A stretch of DNA of 24,000 bases, taken from positions 23,599 to 47,598 of the forward strand of contig JAJRQI010000007.1 of the NCBI GenBank assembly GCA_024280335.1, given 5' to 3'. Source of the stretch: Deltaproteobacteria bacterium (GTDB lineage Bacteria > Desulfobacterota > Desulfuromonadia > Desulfuromonadales > Geopsychrobacteraceae). Shown here piece by piece: positions 15,734 through 22,846 of this stretch (position 1 is its first letter; each line of letters opens with the position of its first letter). The translations under genes and the position numbers were made by a program. The notes beneath the pieces were generated by a model. That model saw only the letters and a list, made by a program, of their open reading frames with translations, was not told where the DNA came from and made no database searches.

Positions 15734-16941
15734 AGCTGTAATCCAATCCATTGCGGAGTGTCATTCTGCTCCGGCGTGCCCAGGGCCTCTTGCAGACAGG
15801 CGGTCTTCAGGGTCTGATAAAGATCCTCGGTACCGATATCCCGGCCGCCCAGCCCGACAATAAAATTGTGCAGCTGGGGACGATTCGGGTAGGGGTAGAG
15901 CGCCGATTTAAGATCGGCATAGAGCGCACCCTGATTTCCGTAGCTTAAACCCTTTTCGTAAACCAGCACCGCCTTGACCGACTGAAGCGCTTCAGCAATG
16001 ATCGCCGTCGGGAAGGGGCGATAGATCTGCAGCGCCAGCACCCCGACCTTAAGCCCCTCATCCCGCAAGCGATCCACCACGTCGTGGAACTGGTTGGCGA
16101 GGGTGCCCATGGCAACCACCACGAAGTCGGCGTCATCACACCGGTAGGGGTCGAGGATCGGCGTACCGCCGCGGCCGAAACGTTGCTGAAAATCGGCGTC
16201 GATCTCTTCCCAGACCTGCAGCGCCAGGCGCATCTCCTGATGCAGGTTGTGGCGGATATCCATGTAGCCGGGCTGTTTGACGCCGTTGATGTCGTTGCGC
16301 GCATCGGGCAGGGTGACGGTATTCAAACTCTCCGGTTTCTCCGGGTCGAGGGTATGCGCGTAGTCGTAGGTGGGCAGAAATTCCCTGACCGTCTGCGCAT
16401 CGGGCAGTTCGAACGGCATGTAGGTGTGCGACAGGTAGTAGCCGTCGTAGTTGACCATCACCGGGATATGCACCAGTTCGGCCAGGCGGAAAGCCTTTAA
16501 GGTCATGTCGACGATTTCCTGATGGTCTTTGGCGAAGATCTGAATCCAGCCGGCATCACGCTGGCTCATGGCATCCTGATGATCGTTCCAGACCGACCAG
16601 GGGGCACCGATCCCGCGGTTGACCACGCACATCACCAGCGGCAAGCGGGAACCGGCCGCCCAGTGTAACTGCTCGCTCATGTAGAGCAGGCCGTTGGACG
16701 AGGTGGCCGTAAAGGCCCGCACTCCGGCGCTGGCCGCGCCGATACAGACGCCGAGGGCACTGTGCTCGCTCTCGACGGCGACGTATTCAGCATCCATCTT
16801 TCCGGCAGCGATCAGTTCCGAGAGCTTTTCGGTCAACGGCGTCTGCGGGGTGATCGGGTAGGCGGCAATCACCTCGGCCGCCGCCAGTTGAACGGCCATG
16901 GCCGCGGCATTGTTTCCTGAATCGATCAGTTTTTCACTCAT
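15730..16941 (-). CDS. OFOR alpha subunit (PorA/VorA-like), paralog 2
   Basis: Motifs GNNAAAMAVQLAAAEVIAAYPITPQTPLTEKL and SEHSALGVCIGAASAGVRAFTATSSNGLLYM. ATG 16941 overlaps the delta stop by 8 nt. Confidence 0.9.
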   Translation of the reverse strand: MSEKLIDSGNNAAAMAVQLAAAEVIAAYPITPQTPLTEKLSELIAAGKMDAEYVAVESEHSALGVCIGAASAGVRAFTATSSNGLLYMSEQLHWAAGSRLPLVMCVVNRGIGAPWSVWNDHQDAMSQRDAGWIQIFAKDHQEIVDMTLKAFRLAELVHIPVMVNYDGYYLSHTYMPFELPDAQTVREFLPTYDYAHTLDPEKPESLNTVTLPDARNDINGVKQPGYMDIRHNLHQEMRLALQVWEEIDADFQQRFGRGGTPILDPYRCDDADFVVVAMGTLANQFHDVVDRLRDEGLKVGVLALQIYRPFPTAIIAEALQSVKAVLVYEKGLSYGNQGALYADLKSALYPYPNRPQLHNFIVGLGGRDIGTEDLYQTLKTACLQEALGTPEQNDTPQWIGLQL

Positions 16942-17245
16942 CTTCGCCCCCTTTGACAAACTGCTCTTCTGAAACCATTTCGATCGCCTTGACCGGGCAT
17001 TCTTCGGCACAGATACCGCAGCCTTTGCAGTATTCCAGGTCGATCTTCGGTTCCAGGGTTTTGCTCACCACGTTGTCGGGGCAGTAGAGCCAACAGAGAT
17101 GACAGGAGGCTTTGCCGGTTTTCGCCGGGGTGCAGCGACTATAGTCAATAATCGGCCGCTCAACCCGCCAGGAACCGGTGCGCCCGGCATCACCGGGGCC
17201 GGAGGTACTGGCCGAGGTCAATACTTTAAAGCGTGAATCAGGCAT
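16934..17245 (-). CDS. OFOR delta subunit (PorD-type 2x[4Fe-4S] ferredoxin)
   Basis: Starts MPDSRFKV. Cluster motifs are CHLCWLYCPDNV and CKGCGICAEECP. AGAGGAG lies upstream of ATG 17245, which overlaps the gamma stop by 8 nt. Confidence 0.9.
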   Translation of the reverse strand: MPDSRFKVLTSASTSGPGDAGRTGSWRVERPIIDYSRCTPAKTGKASCHLCWLYCPDNVVSKTLEPKIDLEYCKGCGICAEECPVKAIEMVSEEQFVKGGEDE

Positions 17246-17837
17246 TGGCAGCTCCTCTGCTTGGCTCTGAAATCTGCGTGGCGGCATAGACCAACTGCGC
17301 GGCCCTGACGTTCTCTTCCGGCTTGCGACCGACAAACTCAGCGGCGATGCAGCGCGACAGCATTTCAATATCGACCAGTCCGCCAGCTTTACCGAGGGCA
17401 CCGATAATCCCGCTGTTGACGATCCCCTTGCGCAGTCCGGCCTCAATCCCCAGTTTGGTGACGTTGGCCACCGCAACCCGATAATCGGGAAACTGATGGT
17501 CCCTCAGCGGCCGGGGCGAGTTGATAATCAACAAACCGCCCGGTTTCAGACCGACCGTGACATCCACCTCATTGAGGATCAGGTAATCGAGGACCACGAC
17601 AATATCGGGAAAACGGATCGGCGACAGATCGTAGATCTTTTCACGCGAAATCTTCAGCGAGGTGCTGACCGGAGCGCCGCGCCGCTCAGTGCCGAAGGTC
17701 GGGGCCATGACTACGCCGCCATAGCCGGACTTAAACGTTGCTTCGGCAACCACCTTGGCCGCCGTAATCGCCCCCTGACCGCCGCGGCCATGCCAGCGGA
17801 TCTGGATCATCTGTTGCGGGTCGTCCTGCATATTCAT
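17238..17837 (-). CDS. OFOR gamma subunit (PorG-like)
   Basis: Motif IRWHGRGGQGAITAAKVVAEA...GTERRGAPV. The start is uncertain among ATG 17837, 17831 and 17894. GGGAG favours 17831/17837. Confidence 0.85.
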   Translation of the reverse strand: MNMQDDPQQMIQIRWHGRGGQGAITAAKVVAEATFKSGYGGVVMAPTFGTERRGAPVSTSLKISREKIYDLSPIRFPDIVVVLDYLILNEVDVTVGLKPGGLLIINSPRPLRDHQFPDYRVAVANVTKLGIEAGLRKGIVNSGIIGALGKAGGLVDIEMLSRCIAAEFVGRKPEENVRAAQLVYAATQISEPSRGAANA

Positions 17838-18035
17838 GCTCCCTGAAGGTAAAGATATCTGTTGCATCATACGCTGTTTTATGAAGTCGCGCATGTTAGA
17901 CCATAATCGATCTCAGGCAAAGGGGGTTTTTCGCGGGAGATCAGGCGAGCGGGGCATTGATCAGCCTGGTGATGGGCGTAAAGTCAGTACGTCAAGTTGT
18001 CAGTTTACGGTTACGGATTTTTTGCGACGCTGGCA

Positions 18036-18272
18036 TTATTGGTGTTCAATGAGTTCTACAGAAATTGTTTCGGGGCTGAAATCTTGTTCATTGGGCCAAA
18101 CAACACCACCGCAGGCAGCTTTGGCTTGTTTGAAATATGAAGGGTTCTTGAGTTCTTTGAATATTCCACATTCAAGGTAAGGACTGACGTCGAAAGTGCC
18201 TTTGCGGCCATCTGAAAGTTCTACCGAAAGTGTATTTGGACTGTTGGGGACAGCATTGATTACTTTAATCAT
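18036..18272 (-). CDS. DUF2442-like small protein
   Basis: About 78 aa: MIKVINAVPNSPNTLSVELSDGRKGTFDVSPYLE..F..LKNPSYFKQAK...GGVVWPNEQDFSPE. This matches the DUF2442 pattern as I remember it. GGAG lies 7 nt upstream of ATG 18272. The gene sits in the AT-richer islet. Confidence 0.65.
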   Translation of the reverse strand: MIKVINAVPNSPNTLSVELSDGRKGTFDVSPYLECGIFKELKNPSYFKQAKAACGGVVWPNEQDFSPETISVELIEHQ

Positions 18273-18288
18273 GGACACTCTCCTCTCT

Positions 18289-18513
18289 CTACTTTAAAGG
18301 GTCTATTTTGAAAAGTTGCTCACCCTGGATTGCAAGCTCCCAATCGGCCATTAACTCATCTTTATGGATTTCTATCCACGCTTGAATAAGCTTCATTTTA
18401 GAAGTAGGCATTCCTCCTTCGAGTACCTTGCCATTTTGGATGGAGATGATGGCCTCCTCTTCTCCATATTTGGCGTGAATATGTGGAAGATGATGCTTTT
18501 TTATTTCTGTCAT
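18289..18513 (-). CDS. DUF4160-like small protein
   Basis: The motifs LPHIHAKYGEEEA...G.MP......IQAWIEIHKDELMADWE...KIDPL resemble the DUF4160 signature (PPHFHA.YG..EA). The N-terminus looks short for the family. It lies 10 nt upstream of the DUF2442-like gene. Confidence 0.6.
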   Translation of the reverse strand: MTEIKKHHLPHIHAKYGEEEAIISIQNGKVLEGGMPTSKMKLIQAWIEIHKDELMADWELAIQGEQLFKIDPLK

Positions 18514-18688
18514 TTTACCACGATGGTTCAAAGATGCCTAACGGTAGAGATAAGCGGCGGTAACGAACTGTTCGATAACCACCGGATTATTCAGGAATTT
18601 CAGCTACTGAGGAACGATTAGCGACAGAGCGGGGCTATAAGCTATCGGAGTGGCCTCTTGCAAAGGACTGAAAAATCAAGTGCCCATC

Positions 18689-18758
18689 ATTCCCGCGTAG
18701 GCGGGAATCCAGAAGTTCTCGGGGACGATCCAAAAACTGGAGCCCTGTTTTCACAGGG
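18689..18758. repeat. REP-like hairpin pair downstream of the CoA-transferase gene
   Basis: Hairpin 1 is ATTCCCGC-gtag-GCGGGAAT (18689-18708). Hairpin 2 is CCCTG-ttttca-CAGGG (18743-18758). The sequence belongs to the widespread class that translates to IPA.AGI / FTGMT pseudo-peptides. Confidence 0.55.
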
Positions 18759-18833
18759 ATGACGGCTGTTGCATGAGCCTTAGAATTGAGAAATTTATGA
18801 ACTTATGAGCGTCCCTGCTTCACGCTTCAGATT

Positions 18834-19952
18834 TTAACGCTTAAGCCACTTGTTCAGGGCATCTTCTGCGGATATTTTTTGCAGTGCCCGGCGGGGAGCC
18901 GGCGGCTGATCATCGACCCAGGCGGGAAAGAGGGCATCGTGTCGCGCTTCGGAACTGACTGTCTGCAGCAGCTGCCGTTGCTGGACATGGGGGTGAGTGA
19001 CAACCTCGCGGTGCTCAAGGATCGGCTCGAAGCAGCAATCCACCTTTTCGAAGCGTTGCTGCCAATCCTTCAGCGACGCAGCGGCGAACAGCTCCCGAAG
19101 CTCCTCAATCAACTGCTTCTGCGGCAGCGGTTCGTGCTGGCGATCGAGCCAGTCCGGCCGCTCGGCGGCGGCGCAAAACGCCTGCCAGAATTTATCCTCG
19201 ATAGCACCGAGGGCGACAAAACGATCATCAGCGGTACGATAGATCTGGTAGCAAGCCGCTCCGCCGGTCAGCAGATCGTTGCCGCGGGCAAATTCGTAAC
19301 CCGATCGCTGGGCGGCGATCAGCGCAAACGACTGCCAGGAGAGGGCCGTTTCGAACAGGCTGACATCGATGAAAGCACCCTGTCCGGTGCGGCCACGGCG
19401 CAGCAGGGCGGCAAGGATCGCAGTCGCGGCCTGTTTGCCGGCAGCGTAATCACAGATTGGCGGAAACGGCATGATCGGTGTTTCAGCTGTTCCGGTCAAA
19501 TTAAGCATACCGCTCATGGCAAGATAGGTCAGATCGTGTCCGGCCCGCTCGCGGCAGGGGCCGGTTTGACCGAAACCGGAGAGGGCGCAGTGGATCAATT
19601 TCGGGTTGAGCTGCTGCAGCCGCGAACGGCTGAAACCGAGCCGCTCCAATACGCCGGGACGGTAGGATTCGAGCAGCACGTCGGCAACTTCAAGCAGCTT
19701 CGCAAGAACCTGCTTGTCGTCCTCGCTCTTCAGATTGAGCAGGACGACCTGTTTCCCGGCATTGATCTGCTTGTAAAAGGGGGACTCGCCATCTGCATCG
19801 CGGAAGATGAAGCGACGCATCGGATCGCCGGTCGGTGGTTCGACCTTGATCACTGCGGCGCCGAGATCGGCGAGCAGTTGGGTGGCAAAGGGGCCGGGCA
19901 GATACTGGCTGAGATCGAGAACCCGTACCCCGTCGAGGCAGTCGTTAAGCAT
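18834..19952 (-). CDS. Family III CoA-transferase (CaiB/BaiF/Frc/alpha-methylacyl-CoA racemase family)
   Basis: LDGVRVLDLSQYLPGPFATQLLADLGAAVIKVEPPTGDPMR is the canonical family III N-terminus. The candidate catalytic Asp region is PICDYAAGKQAATAILAAL. Confidence 0.9.
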   Translation of the reverse strand: MLNDCLDGVRVLDLSQYLPGPFATQLLADLGAAVIKVEPPTGDPMRRFIFRDADGESPFYKQINAGKQVVLLNLKSEDDKQVLAKLLEVADVLLESYRPGVLERLGFSRSRLQQLNPKLIHCALSGFGQTGPCRERAGHDLTYLAMSGMLNLTGTAETPIMPFPPICDYAAGKQAATAILAALLRRGRTGQGAFIDVSLFETALSWQSFALIAAQRSGYEFARGNDLLTGGAACYQIYRTADDRFVALGAIEDKFWQAFCAAAERPDWLDRQHEPLPQKQLIEELRELFAAASLKDWQQRFEKVDCCFEPILEHREVVTHPHVQQRQLLQTVSSEARHDALFPAWVDDQPPAPRRALQKISAEDALNKWLKR

Positions 19953-19967
19953 CAGCAGCGGTCCTCA

Positions 19968-20516
19968 TCAATTTTGCAGGCTGAATTCCCAGGCACACCA
20001 GAATTCATCCGGGTGGGCATCGGGCGGACAGGCAAGGCAGCGGGTCTGGATGCGCGGATCGATGGTCCGGGCGAACTCGCTGTATTCGACGATGCCGACC
20101 TCCTTACAAGGGAAATCATCCAGCCCCTTGCGTTTGCGCGCCGACTGCACCCGGCAGTCGACCATGCGGAAAACCGCGCGAGTGTCGCTGACCTCAATCG
20201 CCTGCTGAAGATTGAGTCGGGCATAGAGTCGGTGATTCAGACATTCGAGCAACGCCGGAATGCCGCCGCCCGGTTGGATGCCAAGTCGAGCCATAATCCG
20301 CCTGGCTTCGAACACGGTGAACTTTTCCCAAGCAGCGCGGTCAGCCTCGATCGCAACCTCCATGCCGTGGGTCTTTTCAATCGCCTGAAACCAGAGACCG
20401 TCGTGGGCCAGCCAGTTTTTGGCGTCGTCGACGATGATACCGATCAGCTCTTCTTTGCTGAGGTTGTTCAGTAATTGAACGCCTACGTCGAGCTGCGGTG
20501 AAGTGGTGCCGGTCAT
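19968..20516 (-). CDS. Conserved-looking protein of unknown function, Cys-rich C-terminus (possibly DUF6125 / ATC-hydrolase-like; family uncertain)
   Basis: 182 aa from ATG 20516, with GGAGGG upstream. Motifs are HDGLWFQAIE and VDCRV..FPCKEVG...RCLACPPD...WCAWEF. Codon usage matches its neighbours and it is tightly packed between the ligase and the CoA-transferase. Confidence 0.7.
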   Translation of the reverse strand: MTGTTSPQLDVGVQLLNNLSKEELIGIIVDDAKNWLAHDGLWFQAIEKTHGMEVAIEADRAAWEKFTVFEARRIMARLGIQPGGGIPALLECLNHRLYARLNLQQAIEVSDTRAVFRMVDCRVQSARKRKGLDDFPCKEVGIVEYSEFARTIDPRIQTRCLACPPDAHPDEFWCAWEFSLQN

Positions 20517-20568
20517 CGGTTCCCTCCAGTTGTGTGTTATGCGATTGACCAGCAGGAGAGGCACGCCT

Positions 20569-20620
20569 CGCCCCTACCGCCATTCACAGGGCTATCTGTA
20601 GGGGCGGCCCGTGGGTCGCC
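20569..20620. repeat. REP-like intergenic hairpins
   Basis: CGCCCCTAC (20569-20577) pairs with GTAGGGGCG (20598-20606). This is followed by GGCGGCCCGTGGGTCGCC (20603-20620), a self-complementary GC-rich motif of a common REP type. Confidence 0.5.
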
Positions 20621-20630
20621 TGTTTGTGGT

Positions 20631-21866
20631 CTATTCAATCGGTCGCTGGTCGTCGATCACCTTGCCGTCATTCGCCAGGCTGCCCGGTGCGACAAATTCA
20701 ACCTCGCCGCGCAGCTTGCAGATCTCGCGGATCGCCTGTTGCAGATTTTTACTCAGCCCGGCGTCAGCGGTCGGCGCCTCACACTGCAGAACCATCTGAT
20801 CAAGGTCGTCTTCACGTCGGACCACCAGACACCCCTTACCGACCTCCGGGTAACGCTTGAGGATTTTGTCGATCTGTTCCGGATGGACAAACATGCCGCG
20901 AATTTTGCAAGTCTGGTCGGCGCGCCCAAGCCACCCCTTGATCCGCACGTTGGTGCGACCACAGGGACTTTCACCCGGCAGGATGGCCGAGAGATCGCCG
21001 GTGGCAAAACGGATCAGCGGATAATCAGGATTGAGGCTGGTGACCACCAGTTCGCCGACCTCCCCTGCCGAAACCGGGTCGCCGCTGCCGGGACGAACGA
21101 TTTCGAGGATGATCCGCTCATCAACAATCATCCCCTCACGGGTCGGAGATTCGTAAGCGATCAGGCCGAGGTCAGCGGTGGCGTAGCATTGCAGCGCTTC
21201 GATGCCGCGCGCCTGCCAGCTGTCCCGCAGGCTTGGTGGGAAGTACTCACCGGAAACCAGGGCTTTTTTCAGGCTGGAGAGGTCTGCGCCCGACTGATCC
21301 GCTTTGTCGAGGATGATCTTCAAAAAAGAGGGGGTGCCGACATAACCGACCGGTTTCAGATCAGCGATAACCGAGACCTGCTGTTCGGTATTGCCGGTTC
21401 CGGCCGGGATCACGGTGCAACCGATCGCCTCGGCACCCGATTCAACCATCGCTCCGGCCGGGGTGAAATGGTAGGAGAAACAGTTGTGCAGCAGGTCGCC
21501 GCGACGAAATCCGGCCGCAAACAGGCTGCGGCCGAAACTCCAGAAATCCCGGCGTGCCGAACCCGGCTCATAGATCGGCCCGGGCGAAACAAAAACGTGG
21601 GTCAGCTCAGGATTACGCAGACCGGTCAATCCGGCAAAGGGCAGCTGTTGCTGCTGCCGAGCCGTCAGATCGCTTTTTCGCGTCAGCGGCAGCGTTGCCA
21701 ACTGCTCGCGGCTATCGACCGGCGCACTGAAATTCTGCAGCAGTTCGGCGTAGGCCGGCGCGCTGTTGCGGGCGTGCGCAACCTGGCTGGCCAGGAGATG
21801 CAGCTGCTCGATCTCGCGCTCTTTCGGGCAGCGAGTTTCCAAACTGTCATAATAGTCATCGCGCAT
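20631..21866 (-). CDS. Phenylacetate-CoA ligase (PaaK)-like adenylate-forming family protein with a degenerate P-loop
   Basis: It is colinear with my recollection of E. coli PaaK: LPLTRKSDL, VIPAGTGNTEQQ, TPSFL, IRFATGDL, GRADQTCKIRGMFVHP. The position of the SSGTTGKPT motif reads SPGPIYEPG (nt 21561-21587). GGGGGG lies upstream of ATG 21866. Confidence 0.8.
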   Translation of the reverse strand: MRDDYYDSLETRCPKEREIEQLHLLASQVAHARNSAPAYAELLQNFSAPVDSREQLATLPLTRKSDLTARQQQQLPFAGLTGLRNPELTHVFVSPGPIYEPGSARRDFWSFGRSLFAAGFRRGDLLHNCFSYHFTPAGAMVESGAEAIGCTVIPAGTGNTEQQVSVIADLKPVGYVGTPSFLKIILDKADQSGADLSSLKKALVSGEYFPPSLRDSWQARGIEALQCYATADLGLIAYESPTREGMIVDERIILEIVRPGSGDPVSAGEVGELVVTSLNPDYPLIRFATGDLSAILPGESPCGRTNVRIKGWLGRADQTCKIRGMFVHPEQIDKILKRYPEVGKGCLVVRREDDLDQMVLQCEAPTADAGLSKNLQQAIREICKLRGEVEFVAPGSLANDGKVIDDQRPIE

Positions 21867-21879
21867 TGATAGTCCCCCC

Positions 21880-22716
21880 TTACATCCAGCGTTTACGCCG
21901 TTTGTACGATTTCAGATTCTTGAACGATTTACGTTCTGTATCCGCGCCGCCGGCGAGGTAGAACTCCTTCATATCTTCATTATTGAGCAGATCTTCAGCC
22001 GTACCGTCGAGGACGATCTTTCCCGACTCCATGACGTAGCCGTAGTTGGCACTGTGCAGGGCCATGTTGGCGTTCTGCTCGACCAGCAGCATGGTGATCC
22101 CCTGCTCCTGGTTGATACTGCGGATAATACCGAACACCTCTTTGACCAGCAGCGGCGACAGGCCCATCGAGGGTTCGTCGAGCAGAATCATTTCCGGTCG
22201 CGCCATAATCGCCCGGCCGATAGCGAGCATCTGCTGCTCCCCGCCGGAAAGATAGCCGGCAAGCCCGGTACGCTCTTTCAGGCGAGGGAAATAATGGAAG
22301 ACCTTTTCGATGTCATCCTTGACGAACCGGTCCTTGCGGGTAAAAGCACCCAGGCGTAGATTTTCAACGACGGTCATATCCTCGATAATCCGCCGCCCCT
22401 CCATGACCTGAAAGATCCCTTTGCGCACAATTTCATCGGGGGAACTGTTGGCGATACTCTCTCCCTTGTAAGTGATTGCTCCACGCGTGACCTCACCATC
22501 CTCTGTCTTGAGCAGGCCGGAGATCGCTTTGAGGGTGGTTGATTTGCCCGCACCGTTAGGACCGAGCAGGGTGATCAGTTCGCCCTTGGGAACATCGAGA
22601 CTGATCCCGCGTAGCACCAGGATAACCTCGTCATAGACCACTTCAATATTGTTAACCGAGAGAAGGATCTCTTTCTCTGCAGGAACTTCTGTAGTTTTGA
22701 CGGCCGGTTCTGCCAT
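21880..22716 (-). CDS. livF: Branched-chain amino acid-type ABC transporter ATP-binding protein (LivF-like) with basic C-terminal tail
   Basis: Walker A GPNGAGKST, signature LSGGEQQMLAIGRA, Walker B ILLDEPSMGL. The C-terminal extension is ...KSFKNLKSYKRRKRWM. ATG 22716 has GGAGAAAA upstream. Confidence 0.9.
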   Translation of the reverse strand: MAEPAVKTTEVPAEKEILLSVNNIEVVYDEVILVLRGISLDVPKGELITLLGPNGAGKSTTLKAISGLLKTEDGEVTRGAITYKGESIANSSPDEIVRKGIFQVMEGRRIIEDMTVVENLRLGAFTRKDRFVKDDIEKVFHYFPRLKERTGLAGYLSGGEQQMLAIGRAIMARPEMILLDEPSMGLSPLLVKEVFGIIRSINQEQGITMLLVEQNANMALHSANYGYVMESGKIVLDGTAEDLLNNEDMKEFYLAGGADTERKSFKNLKSYKRRKRWM

Positions 22717-22810
22717 AGATTTTCTCCGTTCAGGACACAGGTTCAAGACTCCAGGTGTGCAGACCGGGATCAAGCCCGAACGTCACACCTCACCTCTCGA
22801 ACAGATATCC

Positions 22811-22836
22811 GCTGCGGGGGCAATTGCCCCCGCAGC
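22811..22836. terminator. Perfect 26-nt palindrome between the binding-protein and ATPase genes (intra-operon attenuator/stabiliser hairpin)
   Basis: GCTGCGGGGGCAATTGCCCCCGCAGC begins 11 nt downstream of the binding-protein stop. It has an 11-bp GC-rich stem and no clear U-run on the minus strand. Confidence 0.5.
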
Positions 22837-22846
22837 AATTTTCAAT

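Noticed and set aside
1088-17476. 5'-extended ORF-track starts at 1132 (TTG), 9804 (TTG), 12863 (GTG), 13846, 14717, 15751, 17010 and 17476
   Set aside because: Internal ATGs with SD sequences are more plausible. They give the ATGA, 8-nt or 11-nt overlaps typical of translationally coupled OFOR subunits, and they give family-typical N-termini. The extensions add non-homologous residues.
17889-17903. Possible sigma54 promoter for operon 2 (minus strand TGGTCTAACATGCGC, GG-N10-GC)
   Set aside because: Only TGG and GC match; the CA of the -24 element and the TT of the -12 element are missing. GG-N10-GC alone is expected frequently by chance, and no upstream palindromic boxes accompany it. The promoter of operon 2 remains unidentified.
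18879-21869. Very long plus-strand ORFs (18879-20474, 531 aa; 20532-21869, 445 aa)
   Set aside because: They are antisense to the CoA-transferase, the unknown protein and the PaaK-like ligase, all of which have clear family motifs or SD-preceded starts. The plus-strand products have no motifs and a skewed composition.
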